Assembly: GCA_031278655.1 (NCBI GenBank)
Contig: JAITJZ010000064.1
Location: 8,607 to 72,606, forward strand
Reading direction: 5' to 3'
Length of the DNA: 64,000 nt
Source: Bifidobacteriaceae bacterium
GTDB taxonomy: Bacteria; Actinomycetota; Actinomycetes; Actinomycetales; WQXJ01
Positions 1-10,368 of the stretch are shown here, one piece after another. Position 1 is the first letter of the stretch. Each line of letters opens with the position of its first letter. The position numbers and the translations under genes are program-made. The notes under the pieces are model-generated. The model did no database searches and had not been told where the DNA came from. It saw nothing but the letters and a program-made list of their open reading frames with translations.

Positions 1-412
1 TGGGCGGCGTGCGCCAGCCGATGACCTCGAGCCCTTCCTCGGCCACGATCCGCCCGATGGCGTCGATGGCGGCGGCGGCCTCGTCCTGGCCGCGCGGCAG
101 GAAGGCCATGCCGACGGCGTAGCGCCCGGCCGGCGGCACATCCAGCCCCAGCGCCCCGAACAGCCGCCGCATCAACTTGTCCGGCACCTGCGTGAGGATG
201 CCGGCGCCATCGCCGGTGTTCGGCTCGGCCCCGACCGCCCCCCGGTGGTCGATGTTCTCCAGCACCGTCAAGGCCGCGTCGACTATCGCCCGGCTCGCCC
301 GTCCGTCCATTTGCGCCACGAAACCGACCCCGCAGGCGTCGTGCTCATATTCGGGCCGGTAAAGCCCGGTTGCCGGGGGTCCCATTCGGTATGGGGTGGG
401 GCGAGCAGCCAT
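1..412 (-). CDS. gltB: Glutamate synthase large subunit, 5' part (runs off window start)
   Basis: Manual translation from ATG at 412 gives MAARPTPYRMGPPATGLYRPEYEHDACGVGFVA...DHRGAVGAEPNTGDGAGIL, the GltB GATase N-terminus (catalytic Cys in DACG); AAAGGTGG RBS upstream. Confidence 0.95.
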   Translation of the reverse strand, partial: MAARPTPYRMGPPATGLYRPEYEHDACGVGFVAQMDGRASRAIVDAALTVLENIDHRGAVGAEPNTGDGAGILTQVPDKLMRRLFGALGLDVPPAGRYAVGMAFLPRGQDEAAAAIDAIGRIVAEEGLEVIGWRTPP

Positions 413-658
413 AGTCCACCTTTCGAGCGTTTGTCTTGTCCGATGCCGTGCCGCCTCTGACACCTGTGGGCGGCCAAGCTAGGATACCCGGTCGGACCGG
501 TCGCAGACGGCTCCCCGGGGACACCACCGGCCCGCCGCCCCCCGCGGCGCCCGGCTTGGCGCCCGACTTTGGGCGTGTGGCTGGCGCATTCGCCCCGAAT
601 AGACTAAGTTCCCGAATACCCCTTTGTTCGGCGTCTAGACACTAGTAAGGACGGATCG

Positions 659-1243
659 ATGACTCAAGCACCGCCACCTCCCGAAAGCGGCTACCCGCCG
701 CCCCAACAGCCGCAGCCCGGCCCTTACCAGGCCCCGCCGCCGCAACCAGGCCAATACCCGCCGCCGGCCCCGGCGCCGCAGCAGGCGCCGCCGCCCGGTT
801 ACTACGCCCAGCCTCCGGCGCAGCCGCCGGCCCCGCCTCAGGGCTACTACCAGCAGCCGCCCGCCTACGGCGCCCCCGCCGCCCCTGTCGGAGACCCTGA
901 CATCCAGCAGAACAAGGTCTATGCGGTGCTCTCGTACATCGGCATCCTGGTGCTGGTCCCGATCTTGGCGGCGAAGGAGTCGCGCTTCGCGCGCTTCCAC
1001 GCCAATCAGGGCCTCCTGCTGCTGATCGGCGAGGTCGCCTACGCAATCATCTACTCGATCATCTCAGCCATCGTCGCGGCCACCTTCTCGTGGAGCGCGG
1101 CCGCGCTGGCGTCTTTGATCCTCTTTGTGCTCGGCCTCGTCTCGCTCGTGTTCCCGGTCTTCTCGATCATTGGGATCGTCAACGCCGCCCAGGGCAAGCC
1201 CAAGGCGCTGCCGCTGATCGGCAACATCCGCATCCTGAAGTGA
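659..1243 (+). CDS. DUF4870-like membrane protein with Pro/Gln-rich N-terminus
   Basis: P/Q/Y-rich N-terminus, then AVLSYIGILVLVP...FARFHANQG and three hydrophobic helices; TAAGGA RBS. Confidence 0.8.
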   Translation: MTQAPPPPESGYPPPQQPQPGPYQAPPPQPGQYPPPAPAPQQAPPPGYYAQPPAQPPAPPQGYYQQPPAYGAPAAPVGDPDIQQNKVYAVLSYIGILVLVPILAAKESRFARFHANQGLLLLIGEVAYAIIYSIISAIVAATFSWSAAALASLILFVLGLVSLVFPVFSIIGIVNAAQGKPKALPLIGNIRILK

Positions 1244-1256
1244 TGATTTAGGGCTG

Positions 1257-1288
1257 GCGGCCCAACCGCCTGGCGGCGGTTGGGCCGC
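1257..1288. terminator. Perfect 14-bp stem hairpin between convergent genes, probable bidirectional terminator
   Basis: gcggcccaaccgcc-tggc-ggcggttgggccgc lies between the stops at 1243 and 1299. Confidence 0.7.
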
Positions 1289-1298
1289 TCTCCCCCGG

Positions 1299-2342
1299 CT
1301 AAGCCTCGGCGGCGCCGTCCGCGTCCGCCGGCTCGTCCGTCCGCGCGTCATCGGCGTCATCGGCGGCCTCACCGCCGTCGGCGGCGTCGTTGGCGTCATC
1401 GCTGTCGGCACCGCCGTCGTCGGCGGCCTCACTGTCGTCGTTGGCGTCATCGTCGGCGTCGTTGGCGTCACCGGCCGGGCTGGCGGCCTGGGGCGCGGAC
1501 AGGCCGGCCGGTGCCAACTGGAGGTCGGCGCCATGTTTGCGGCGCGACCAGGCGAAGCCGATCAGCCCGGCCAAACCGACCACAATGGCGGTCCAAACGT
1601 TCAGGCGCAGCCCCAGAAAATGATTGGCGGTGTCGATGCGCAGCGCCTCGATCCAGACCCGGCCCAGGCAGTAGAGCGCCATGTAGGCGAAAAACGTCTG
1701 GCCGTGGCCCCACTGCCAGCGCCAACCCGCCCAGATCAGGACCGCCGCCACACCCAGGTTCCAGACCAGCTCATAGAGGAAAGTCGGGTGGAACAGGGTC
1801 TCCGCCGGGAAACCCGCCGCCTCCGCCACCGTCGGCGACACCTTCAGCCCCCAGGGCAGGGTTGTCGGCCCGCCGAACAGCTCCTGGTTGAACCAGTTGC
1901 CGAGCCGCCCAATGGCCTGGCCAACGGCGATCCCCGGGGCCAACGCGTCCGCCACCACCGGCAGCCGCAGCCCCACCCGCCGCGCGCCGATGACCGCGCC
2001 CACGGCGCCCAGCGCGATCGCGCCCCAAACACCCAGCCCGCCGTTCCAGATCGCCAGGGCCGCCCAAGGGTCGCCGCCCGGCCCGAAGTACGCCGCCGGC
2101 GAAGTGATGACGTGGTAGAGCCGGGCCCCGACAATCCCGAACGGCACCGCCCACAGGGCGATGTCGACCATGGCGTCGGCCCGGTAACCCGCCCAGGCCA
2201 GGCGCTTGGCGCCGATCCAGCCGGCCGCCAGGATGCCGGCGATCATGGTCAGGGCGTAGGCGCGGATCGGCAGCGGCCCAAGGTGCCAGACGGAGTCCGT
2301 CGGGCTGGGCAGGAAACCGGGCAGCAGGTCGAGCGCTGTCAC
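1299..2342 (-). CDS. lgt: Prolipoprotein diacylglyceryl transferase with acidic low-complexity tail
   Basis: GARLYHV, GRLGNWFNQELFG and HPTFLYE motifs; GTGA overlap with trpA stop. Confidence 0.95.
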   Translation of the reverse strand: MTALDLLPGFLPSPTDSVWHLGPLPIRAYALTMIAGILAAGWIGAKRLAWAGYRADAMVDIALWAVPFGIVGARLYHVITSPAAYFGPGGDPWAALAIWNGGLGVWGAIALGAVGAVIGARRVGLRLPVVADALAPGIAVGQAIGRLGNWFNQELFGGPTTLPWGLKVSPTVAEAAGFPAETLFHPTFLYELVWNLGVAAVLIWAGWRWQWGHGQTFFAYMALYCLGRVWIEALRIDTANHFLGLRLNVWTAIVVGLAGLIGFAWSRRKHGADLQLAPAGLSAPQAASPAGDANDADDDANDDSEAADDGGADSDDANDAADGGEAADDADDARTDEPADADGAAEA

Positions 2343-3154
2343 GGCCGGGCGGCCTCGCGCAATTCGGCCGCCAGCGCCTCGACGTCCCGCCCGGCGGCCA
2401 GGCGCTTGACGAAGGCCGAGCCGACTATCACGCCATCGGCGAAGCTGGCGACCTCGGCCGCCTGCTCCGGCGTCGACACGCCGATCCCAACACAGACGTT
2501 GTCAGCGCCCGCCGCCCGCGTCCGCTCCACCAGCGGCCGGGCCAGCTCCGAGAGCGAGGACCGCACCCCGGTCACGCCCATGGTCGAGGTCGCGTAGGTG
2601 AACCCCCGGCAGGCGGCGGCGGTCAGGCGCAGGCGCTCGGCCGATGACGTCGGCGCCACCAAGAAGACCTTGTCCAGCCCAAAGCCGTCAGCGGCCCGCG
2701 TCCACGCCCCCGCCTCCTCCGGGATCAGGTCCGGCGTGATCAGCCCGGCGCCGCCGGCGGCGGCCAGTTCGCCCGCGAAGCGCTCCTCGCCGCGCCGGAA
2801 GACCGGGTTGTAATAGGTCATGACCTCGATCGGGACGCCGGCCGGCGCCAATTCCGCGACCGCCTCGAAGACGTCGTCGACCCGGAACCCGCCCGCCAAG
2901 GCCGCCGTCGCCGCCTCGGCTATGACTGGTCCGTCCATGACCGGGTCGGAATATGGCAACCCCAGTTCGATCACGTCGGCCCCGCCCCGGATCAGCGCCC
3001 GGCAGGCGTCGATCGAAGCCGTCAGCGACGGGAAGCCGCAGGGCAGGTAGGCCACCAGGGCCGCCCGGCCCTCGGCCCGGGCCCGTCCGATGGCGTCGGC
3101 GGCGCCTTGGGGGCGCCCGCCTCGACCCAGCCCGCCCGCGTTCAGAGCCCTCAT
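2339..3154 (-). CDS. trpA: Tryptophan synthase alpha subunit
   Basis: [20 protein letters not shown] and DGVIVGS motifs; ATG at 3154 overlaps trpB stop (ATGA). Confidence 0.95.
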   Translation of the reverse strand: MRALNAGGLGRGGRPQGAADAIGRARAEGRAALVAYLPCGFPSLTASIDACRALIRGGADVIELGLPYSDPVMDGPVIAEAATAALAGGFRVDDVFEAVAELAPAGVPIEVMTYYNPVFRRGEERFAGELAAAGGAGLITPDLIPEEAGAWTRAADGFGLDKVFLVAPTSSAERLRLTAAACRGFTYATSTMGVTGVRSSLSELARPLVERTRAAGADNVCVGIGVSTPEQAAEVASFADGVIVGSAFVKRLAAGRDVEALAAELREAARP

Positions 3155-4332
3155 AGGTTGAACCACCTCGCCGCCGTCTCCACGTCCTTGTCGCCGCGCC
3201 CGGACAGGCAGACCAGCACCACCGCCTCAGGGCCCAGCTCACGCGCCAGCGTCAAGGCCCCGGCCAGGCCGTGAGCCGATTCGATGGCCGGCATGATCCC
3301 CTCCAAACGGGTCAGTTTGGCGAAGGCGTCCATCGCCGCCGCGTCCGTCACCGCGCGGTAGACCGCCCGCCCCGAATCCTTCAGAAAGGAGTGCTCCGGT
3401 CCCACCCCGGGGTAGTCCAGCCCGGCCGAGATCGAATGCGACTCGATCGTCTGGCCGTCGGCGTCCTGCAGCAGATAAGACTTGGCGCCGTGGAGGGCGC
3501 CCGGCGCCCCGGCGGTCAGGGTGGCGGCGTGCCGACCCGTCTCGACGCCATCGCCGGCCGCCTCGAACCCGTGCAGGCCAACGCCTCCGTCCTCCAGGAA
3601 AGCCGAGAACAGCCCGATCGAGTTCGAGCCGCCGCCGACGCAGGCGCAGGCCGCCGTCGGCAAGCGGCCGACCTCCGCCAGCATCTGCGCCCGGGCCTCG
3701 CGCCCGATCACCGATTGGAAGTCGCGGACCATGGCCGGGAAGGGATGCGGCCCGGCGGCCGTGCCGAAGACGTAGTTGGTGTCCGCCACGTTCGTGACCC
3801 AATCCCGCAGGGCCTCATTGATGGCGTCCTTGAGGGTCCGCGAGCCGGTCTTGACCGCCACCACCTCAGCGCCCAACAGCCGCATGCGGGCCACGTTCAG
3901 GGCTTGGCGCTCGGTGTCCTCGAGGCCCATGTAAACCACGCAATCCAGGCCCATCAGAGCCGCGGCCGTGGCCGTGGCGACCCCGTGCTGGCCGGCGCCG
4001 GTCTCAGCGATGACCCGGCGCTTGCCCAGCCGTTTGGTCAGCAACGCCTGGCCGAGGACGTTGTTGATCTTGTGGGAGCCGGTGTGGGCCAAGTCCTCGC
4101 GTTTCAAGAAAATCCGCGCCCCGCCCGCCTCGGCCGCGAAGCGGCGAACCTCGGTCAAAGGGGTGGGCCGCCCGGCGTAGACGCGGGCCAGATGGTCCAG
4201 CTCGGCGCCGAAGGCTGGGTCGGTCTTGGCCGCCTCGTAGGCGGCGCTCAGTTCGTCGAGGGCGGCGATCAGTGCCTCAGGCACGAAGCGCCCGCCGTAG
4301 GACCCGAAATAAGGCCCAGGCATTTGGCTCAT
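3151..4332 (-). CDS. trpB: Tryptophan synthase beta subunit
   Basis: [27 protein letters not shown] (PLP lysine), [16 protein letters not shown]; start at 4332 via ATGA overlap with trpC stop (the longer track ORF is spurious upstream). Confidence 0.97.
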   Translation of the reverse strand: MSQMPGPYFGSYGGRFVPEALIAALDELSAAYEAAKTDPAFGAELDHLARVYAGRPTPLTEVRRFAAEAGGARIFLKREDLAHTGSHKINNVLGQALLTKRLGKRRVIAETGAGQHGVATATAAALMGLDCVVYMGLEDTERQALNVARMRLLGAEVVAVKTGSRTLKDAINEALRDWVTNVADTNYVFGTAAGPHPFPAMVRDFQSVIGREARAQMLAEVGRLPTAACACVGGGSNSIGLFSAFLEDGGVGLHGFEAAGDGVETGRHAATLTAGAPGALHGAKSYLLQDADGQTIESHSISAGLDYPGVGPEHSFLKDSGRAVYRAVTDAAAMDAFAKLTRLEGIMPAIESAHGLAGALTLARELGPEAVVLVCLSGRGDKDVETAARWFNL

Positions 4333-5153
4333 CGGCGCAATGATCTCACAGATGGATGCGCCCCCATCGCCACCAGCTCGCGGACGGCCTGGGCCGGGTC
4401 TGAGGCGCTGGCCAGATACTCCCCGATCAGGACCGCGTCGGCGCCGCAATGGGCGTAGGCGGCTAGGTCGTGGGGGCTGGAGACACCAGACTCGGCCACT
4501 TTGACGATCCCAGGCGCGGCCTTGGGCGCCAGGCGGGAGAACAACGACGGGTCGACCGACAAGGTCTTGAGGTCGCGGGCGTTGAAACCGATCAAGCGGG
4601 CGCCGGCGTCGACGGCGATCGCCAGTTCGGCCTCGTTGTGGACCTCGACCAGGGGCGTCATGCCCAATGAGACCGTCCGCTCGATCAGCCCGATCAGTTG
4701 CAGCCGCTCCAGCGCCGCCACGATCAACAAGACCAGGTCGGCGCCGTGGGCGCGCGCCTCCCAAACCTGGTACGAGCTGACGATGAAGTCCTTGCACAGG
4801 ATCGGCAGGTCGACCGCGCGGCGCACCGCCGCCAGGTCGCCGAGCGAGCCCCGGAAATGGCGCCGCTCGGTCAGCACCGAGATGGCGGCCGCGCCGCCCT
4901 CCTCATAGGCCCTGGCCAAAGCGGCCGGGTCGGCGATGGCGGCGATCGCCCCGCGCGACGGGCTTGATCGTTTGACCTCGGCCACCACCCCGACAGAGCC
5001 GATGTCCGCCAAGCGCGCCAGGAAGTCCTTGGCCGGTCGGCGGGCGCCAGCGCGCGCCTTCAACTCGTCCAGACTGATCAGGGCTTGCCTGTCGGCCAGG
5101 TCAGCGCGCACGCCTCGAACGATCTGGTCCAGGACCGTCCCCGCCTTGCTCAT
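4329..5153 (-). CDS. trpC: Indole-3-glycerol phosphate synthase
   Basis: [34 protein letters not shown] motifs. Confidence 0.95.
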   Translation of the reverse strand: MSKAGTVLDQIVRGVRADLADRQALISLDELKARAGARRPAKDFLARLADIGSVGVVAEVKRSSPSRGAIAAIADPAALARAYEEGGAAAISVLTERRHFRGSLGDLAAVRRAVDLPILCKDFIVSSYQVWEARAHGADLVLLIVAALERLQLIGLIERTVSLGMTPLVEVHNEAELAIAVDAGARLIGFNARDLKTLSVDPSLFSRLAPKAAPGIVKVAESGVSSPHDLAAYAHCGADAVLIGEYLASASDPAQAVRELVAMGAHPSVRSLRR

Positions 5154-5169
5154 ATGGCGACTGCTCCGT

Positions 5170-5751
5170 CTAGACCAGCGGCCCGGCCAGCGGAACGGCG
5201 CCCATGGCCGCGCCGAGGCTGTAGTAGTAGTAAGGGTCTTGATCGGCGATCCAGACCGTCAGGCCGATCACCCCGATCCAAAAGACCAGGCTGACGCCCA
5301 ATCCGATGTAGCCAACGATCACTCCCCCGAGCGCCAGGCCGCGGTTGTTGGCCGTGCCCTGCTTGACCGCGTTCAAGCCCATGTGCCCAAAGATGACGCC
5401 CAGAATCGAGCCGACGAACATTGCGAACAGGACCGACAAGCCCGCGATCGACAGGATCAGCGAGGCCACGCCCCAGCCGTTCTTCGAAGTCGCTTGGATG
5501 GTCCGGGGATCATAGGCCGGGTAAGCGGGATAGGTCGGGTAGGGCGCCGGCCAACTGCTTTGGACTGGCGCGTAAGCGGGGACGACCTGTGTGTCCGCGG
5601 GCGGCTGATAGACCGGCGGCTCGTAAGGGGGCGCAGGCACTGGCGGCGGATAGGACTGCGCCCCGAAGGGCTGGGCCACATAGGGTTGGGCGGGTGTGGG
5701 CATGCCCGAGGATTGGAAGTCAGCGGGACCGTATGGGGATTGATCGCTCAC
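5170..5751 (-). CDS. DUF4190-like membrane protein with Pro/Tyr-rich N-terminus
   Basis: ASLILSI...GVIFGHMGL...[11 protein letters not shown] pattern; GTG at 5751 overlaps hisI stop (GTGA). Confidence 0.8.
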   Translation of the reverse strand: MSDQSPYGPADFQSSGMPTPAQPYVAQPFGAQSYPPPVPAPPYEPPVYQPPADTQVVPAYAPVQSSWPAPYPTYPAYPAYDPRTIQATSKNGWGVASLILSIAGLSVLFAMFVGSILGVIFGHMGLNAVKQGTANNRGLALGGVIVGYIGLGVSLVFWIGVIGLTVWIADQDPYYYYSLGAAMGAVPLAGPLV

Positions 5752-6167
5752 AATCTCCAACCTACAGTGTCTGGCGGACCGGCTTTGCCGCTGTCAGCCC
5801 CTTCCCGGCCGCTGGTCAGCAATTCCCGTCCCGTGAAGCAGCTCGGGGTCCCGGTGTGACAAGCTGGGCCGATCTGTTCGACGCGCACCAGGAGGGCGTC
5901 CCCGTCGCAGTCGGCGGCCACGGATTTGACGAATTGGACATGGCCGGAGGTGTCGCCCTTGCGCCAGTACGCCTGGCGCGAGCGGGACCAGAACCAAACC
6001 CGCCCGCTTGTCAGCGTCCGCTCGACGGCGGTCCGGTCCATGTAACCGACCATCAGCACCTCGCCGTTGTCGTGGCGCTGGATGACGGCCGGGATCAATC
6101 CGTCGGCGCCGAACTTCAACCGCCCGCGTGGATCCGCGCCCGTCGGCCAGCTCTCAGTCATCGCCAT
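5748..6167 (-). CDS. hisI: Phosphoribosyl-AMP cyclohydrolase
   Basis: [34 protein letters not shown] motifs. Confidence 0.95.
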   Translation of the reverse strand: MAMTESWPTGADPRGRLKFGADGLIPAVIQRHDNGEVLMVGYMDRTAVERTLTSGRVWFWSRSRQAYWRKGDTSGHVQFVKSVAADCDGDALLVRVEQIGPACHTGTPSCFTGRELLTSGREGADSGKAGPPDTVGWRL

Positions 6168-6180
6168 TCACCCCGTGCTC

Positions 6181-6235
6181 GCCTGACACCATGTTCGCCT
6201 GACACCATGTTCACCTGACACCATGTTCACCTGAC
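6181..6235. repeat. 16-bp tandem repeat, about 3.4 copies, spanning the hisF stop
   Basis: (g/a)cctgacaccatgttc at 6181, 6197 and 6213, plus a partial copy at 6229. Confidence 0.9.
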
Positions 6236-7003
6236 CTCGTGGCCGGCCGCCGCCAGCGCGTCCTTCACCTGACGGATGGTGAGCGCGCCGAAGTGGAAGA
6301 CGGAAGCCGCCAAGACGGCATCGGCCCCGGTGGCGGCGGCGGCCACAAAATCCTCCACCCGCCCGGCCCCTCCCGAGGCGATCAGCGGCAAGCTGACCGC
6401 GCCACGCACGGCCGCCAGCATCTCCAGGTCGAAGCCGCCGGTGGTGCCGTCCGCGTCCATCGAGTTCAGAAGGATCTCACCGGCGCCCAACTCCTGCCCG
6501 GCCCTGGCCCACTCAACCGCGTCCAAGGCCACGCCGCGCCGCCCGCCGTGCGTGGTCACCTGGTAGCCGGAGGGCGTGACGACGCCGTCCTGGCAACGCC
6601 GCGCGTCCACCGACAGCACCAGCACCTGGCTGCCGAAGCGGCCCGCGATCCGTTCGATCAGGCCCGGGTCGGCGATGGCCGCCGTGTTGACGCCGACTTT
6701 GTCGGCCCCGGCCCGCAGCAACCGGTCCACGTCCTCGACACGGCGGACGCCGCCACCCACCGTCAGCGGCACAAAGACCTGGTCGGCGCTGCGCCGGACC
6801 ACGTCGAGCATCGTCTCGCGCCCCGCCGAGGACGCCGTCACATCCAAGAACGTGACCTCGTCGGCGCCCATCTCGTCATAGCGGGCGGCCAGGGCCACCG
6901 GGTCGCCGGCGTCCCTCAGGTCGCGGAAGTTGACGCCCTTGACCACCCGCCCGGCGTCCACGTCGAGGCACGGGATCACCCGCAGCGCCACGCCCACGCT
7001 CAC
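6227..7003 (-). CDS. hisF: Imidazole glycerol phosphate synthase cyclase subunit
   Basis: [39 protein letters not shown]; GTG overlaps pafA stop. Confidence 0.97.
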   Translation of the reverse strand: MSVGVALRVIPCLDVDAGRVVKGVNFRDLRDAGDPVALAARYDEMGADEVTFLDVTASSAGRETMLDVVRRSADQVFVPLTVGGGVRRVEDVDRLLRAGADKVGVNTAAIADPGLIERIAGRFGSQVLVLSVDARRCQDGVVTPSGYQVTTHGGRRGVALDAVEWARAGQELGAGEILLNSMDADGTTGGFDLEMLAAVRGAVSLPLIASGGAGRVEDFVAAAATGADAVLAASVFHFGALTIRQVKDALAAAGHEVR

Positions 7004-8445
7004 TCCCTCCCGGCCTCAGCCATGATCTGATCGAACTCGTTTGTCGGGGCGGATTCGGCGGCCGCCGCCGCCCCCTCCAGCCCCGCTATCAGCGCCTCCG
7101 CCGCCGGGTCGGCGCTGTCGAGCGGGTCAAGCAGCGCCACCGCCGGGGCCTGCCCCAACTTCAAGCGCACCCAATCGACAGTGTATTCCCGCCCGGCCGC
7201 GCGGGCCGCCGCCACGAAACGTCCGCGCAGGTGGGCGCGGGTGGTTGGCGGGGGCTGGGTGACGGCCGCCGCCGCCTGCCGATGTCCGATGACGTCGGCC
7301 AGGTGGCCGCCCGCCTCCAGCTTTTGGCGCAGACCGCCTTGGGCGTCGAGCTGGTGGTAAGCCAGTTCCAGGCGCAGGACGCGCGGGTCGGCCAGCGCGG
7401 CGCCGGTGCGCTGACGGTAGCGCTCGATCAGGCGCCACTTCGCCAGCCAGTCGAGTTCGGTCTCAAGGCCGTCGAAGTCGAGCCTGTCCCAGGCCGTCAA
7501 GGTCCGGCGCCAAAGGTCCAGCGCAGCCGTTTCTGAGGGGCTGGCGGCGGCCGCCTCGGCGGCCGCGAAGAAGCGCCATTGGACCGTCACCGGGTCGATT
7601 GTGCGGCCGTCGGCCAATGCGATCGGGTGCGCGCCGCGCCCCTGGGCGGCGGGCCAGCTCTGGGCCACTTGGCGCAGCGCCTGAACCGGGTGGGCCAGTT
7701 CCAGGTCCGGGAGTTGGCCGCCGCCGGCGGCGGCCCGCAGCAACAGCACCATCGAGGCGACCTTGAGGCGGGCGGCCGCGCCCGCCATGTTCGAGTCCCC
7801 GACAATGACATGCAGGCGGCGGTGGCGCCGCCCATCCCCGTGCGGCTCGTCACGGGTGTTGATGATCGGCCGCGAGCGGGTGGTGGCCGAACTCAGCGCC
7901 TCGGCCGTGTGCAAGGCGCGCTGCGACAGCAGGTAGCGGACGCCCTTCGGGTCGACCTGGACTTTGCCGGCGCCCACCAGCAACTGCCGGGTGACCAGGA
8001 ACGGGATCAGTTTGGCCGCGACCTCGGCCGACCCGGCCCGGTCCACCTGGTAATTCTCGTGGCAGCCGAAGGCGTGGCCGGCCGAATCGGTGTTGTTCTT
8101 GAGCAGCGCCACCGGGGCGCCGGCGCGGCGCCCCGCCGCCTCCGCCAGAACCGCCATCAGCCGGTCCCCGGCCCGCTCCGCCGCCAACAGTTCCTCGATC
8201 GTGGAACACTCCGGGGTGGCGTATTCGGGATGGGAACCCACGTCCAGGTAGAGCCGCGCCCCCGCCGGGGTGAAGACATTGGTGCTCCGGCCCCAGGCCA
8301 CCACCGGCCGGAACAACTCGCGCGCCGCCGCCTCGGCCCTGGCCAGGTCGGCTCCGCCAGCGGCGCTGGCCGAACCGGCTGGCCCGGCCGCGCCCGGCGG
8401 CGCGGCCACGCCGTACTCGGTTTCGAGTCCAAAGACCGCGCTCAC
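7000..8445 (-). CDS. pafA: Pup--protein ligase
   Basis: [58 protein letters not shown]; start placed at GTG 8445. Confidence 0.93.
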   Translation of the reverse strand: MSAVFGLETEYGVAAPPGAAGPAGSASAAGGADLARAEAAARELFRPVVAWGRSTNVFTPAGARLYLDVGSHPEYATPECSTIEELLAAERAGDRLMAVLAEAAGRRAGAPVALLKNNTDSAGHAFGCHENYQVDRAGSAEVAAKLIPFLVTRQLLVGAGKVQVDPKGVRYLLSQRALHTAEALSSATTRSRPIINTRDEPHGDGRRHRRLHVIVGDSNMAGAAARLKVASMVLLLRAAAGGGQLPDLELAHPVQALRQVAQSWPAAQGRGAHPIALADGRTIDPVTVQWRFFAAAEAAAASPSETAALDLWRRTLTAWDRLDFDGLETELDWLAKWRLIERYRQRTGAALADPRVLRLELAYHQLDAQGGLRQKLEAGGHLADVIGHRQAAAAVTQPPPTTRAHLRGRFVAAARAAGREYTVDWVRLKLGQAPAVALLDPLDSADPAAEALIAGLEGAAAAAESAPTNEFDQIMAEAGRE

Positions 8446-8455
8446 CGGGCGCTGC

Positions 8456-9154
8456 TCACGGGAGCGACCCCAGGCGGGCGAAGGCCCGCCCGGAACTGGC
8501 GCGGACCAGCAGCCCAACCTCATAACCGTCATCGCCGCCGGCGGCGGCGGCGCCGCCGGCCCGGCCCTCGCCGTTGCCTGAGAACGCGCCCTCGGCCAGA
8601 GCCAGGCGTGCCAAGCTCCCGGCCTGGGCCAGGCTCAACCCCGGGCGCCAACCCTCGGCCAGAGCCTGACGGCCCGCCGGCGTGGCGCCGCCCAGCACCG
8701 CCCAAGGCAACTCGTCGCTGACCGAACCGTCGAAGCGGACGTGGAAGACGGCATCGGACACCTGGCTGGCGCCAACCTCCGCCACCGCCAACTCGACCTC
8801 CAACGGCTTCGGGTCGCCGGTGAAGGCGGCGGCGATGGTCTGGGCGTAAGCCCCGGCCAAGCCGCGGGCGGTGACATCGGTGCGGTCATAGGAGTAACCG
8901 CGCAGGTCGGCGTAACGGATGCCGGCCACGCGCAGAGCCTCGAACTCCGACCACTTGCCGACCGCGGCGAAGGCCATCCGGTCATAGATCTCCGACAGCT
9001 TCCTCAACGCCCGCGAAGTGTTGGCGGCGGCCAGGAGCACGCCATCGGCGGTCGACAAGACCACGGCTGGGCGGCCCCGGGCGACGCCGCGCTTGGCGAA
9101 GTCCGCCCGGTCCTTGATGATCTGCTCGGGCGGGACGTACAACGGCATGGTCAT
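8456..9154 (-). CDS. prcA: 20S proteasome alpha subunit
   Basis: PEQIIKDRADFAKRG, RKLSEIYDR, YADLRGYSYDRTDV, KPLEVELAVAEVG. Confidence 0.93.
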   Translation of the reverse strand: MTMPLYVPPEQIIKDRADFAKRGVARGRPAVVLSTADGVLLAAANTSRALRKLSEIYDRMAFAAVGKWSEFEALRVAGIRYADLRGYSYDRTDVTARGLAGAYAQTIAAAFTGDPKPLEVELAVAEVGASQVSDAVFHVRFDGSVSDELPWAVLGGATPAGRQALAEGWRPGLSLAQAGSLARLALAEGAFSGNGEGRAGGAAAAGGDDGYEVGLLVRASSGRAFARLGSLP

Positions 9155-10017
9155 GGGCGGGCCCGCCTCGCCTCGCCGCGCCTCTCCAGCGCCCGCGCCA
9201 ACTCATCGTCCGGGACGCGGCTGTAACCCCGGGCGTCGACCCGGGCCACCACCGGGTAAATGTCGCGGGCCTGGTCCACCCCGGCGGTGGCGGCGTCGTC
9301 ATCGGCGGCGTCGATGAGCGCGGTCAACGCCGTGCGGATGGCAGTCCTGGCGCTGGCGGCCGGGTTGTGGAGTTTCTTCAGCGAGCCCTTGGCGAAGACC
9401 GCGCCCGAGCCGATGGCGGCGTAGTCGCGCTCCTCGTAGCTGCCGCCGGTGACGTCGAAGGCGAAGATGCGCGCCGCGGCGCCGTCCCAACCGCCCAGCA
9501 ACGGCACCACCACCAGTCCCTTCATGGCCAGTTCCAACTGGCCGGCGATGATCGCCGCCAACCGGTTGGCCTTGCCGGAGAGCGACAGGGCGATCCCCTC
9601 GATCTTCTCGTAATGCTCCAGCTCCAGTTGGAACAGCCGCACCAATTGGATCGACAGCCCGGCCACCCCGGCCAGGCCGATGGCCGTCCAGGCGTCCGCC
9701 GGGTAGACCTTCTCGATGTCGCGGCTGGCGATCTGATGGCCGACGGTCGCACGGCGGTCGCCGGCCATGACGAGCCCGTCCTTGTAGGTCAACGCCACGA
9801 TGGTGGTGGCCGTGGGCGGCGCGCCGGGCGCCCCGGCCCCGGTTGGCCCCACCGCTCCGGTTGCTCCGGCTGCCCCGGCTGCTCCTATTACTCCAGTTGC
9901 TCCGGTTGCTCCGGCGAAAGGCCACCGCGCCCCCGGCGCGGCCCGGCCCAGGAACTCCACGAACGAGTTGCCCGGACCGAAGTAAGTGGCGGGCAGGCCG
10001 TCCGGCGCGCGGCTCAT
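9151..10017 (-). CDS. prcB: 20S proteasome beta subunit with propeptide
   Basis: TTIVA (Thr1 at 9805-9807), AGDRRAT, DIEKV, AIGSG. Confidence 0.95.
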   Translation of the reverse strand: MSRAPDGLPATYFGPGNSFVEFLGRAAPGARWPFAGATGATGVIGAAGAAGATGAVGPTGAGAPGAPPTATTIVALTYKDGLVMAGDRRATVGHQIASRDIEKVYPADAWTAIGLAGVAGLSIQLVRLFQLELEHYEKIEGIALSLSGKANRLAAIIAGQLELAMKGLVVVPLLGGWDGAAARIFAFDVTGGSYEERDYAAIGSGAVFAKGSLKKLHNPAASARTAIRTALTALIDAADDDAATAGVDQARDIYPVVARVDARGYSRVPDDELARALERRGEARRARP

Positions 10018-10199
10018 TGGCCGCCCTTTTGGACGAACCCCTTGACGAACGCCTCCGCCGAATCCTCCAGGACCTCGTCTATCTCGTCCAGCAAGTCATC
10101 GATCAACTGGGTGCGCGATTGCGGCGCGGCGGGCGGCGCCGGGGCTGGCTCATCGTCGCGGTCGCGCGGTGGCAGATCGGTGCGGCGGACTTGCTCCAT
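10014..10199 (-). CDS. pup: Prokaryotic ubiquitin-like protein Pup (GGQ type, needs Dop deamidation)
   Basis: IDDLLDEIDEVLE..AEAFVKGFVQKGGQ; alternative GTG start at 10205. Confidence 0.95.
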   Translation of the reverse strand: MEQVRRTDLPPRDRDDEPAPAPPAAPQSRTQLIDDLLDEIDEVLEDSAEAFVKGFVQKGGQ

Positions 10200-10298
10200 G
10201 GTCACAAGAGTCTAGAACGTCCGGCCGCAGCGGACGCACCGGGGCGCGGGCGTTTGCCCCGCGCTGGCGGGCGGATTAAGGTGGCAGTGGCCAACAAG

Positions 10299-10314
10299 CG
10301 TGGCGCGAATCACA
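10299..10314 (+). promoter_or_regulatory. Candidate CRP/GlxR- or Rex-type operator downstream of a TAAGGT -10 (10277-10282) for the PFOR operon
   Basis: CGTGG-N6-TCACA versus consensus TGTGA-N6-TCACA; right half perfect, left half 3/5. Confidence 0.35.
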
Positions 10315-10368
10315 GCGCCGGACTTTGGTCCCCCCAAAAAGCCTCAAAACAAAAGATGGAAGGCCATC

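Noticed and set aside
1299-1480. Acidic repetitive tail of Lgt as a novelty
   Set aside because: Long acidic C-terminal tails are already known in actinobacterial Lgt; counted only under the general repeat observation
6181-6235. Short direct repeats as a possible CRISPR array
   Set aside because: Units are contiguous with no spacers, only 16 bp long, and there are no cas genes; the same applies to the 59118 and 62628 repeats
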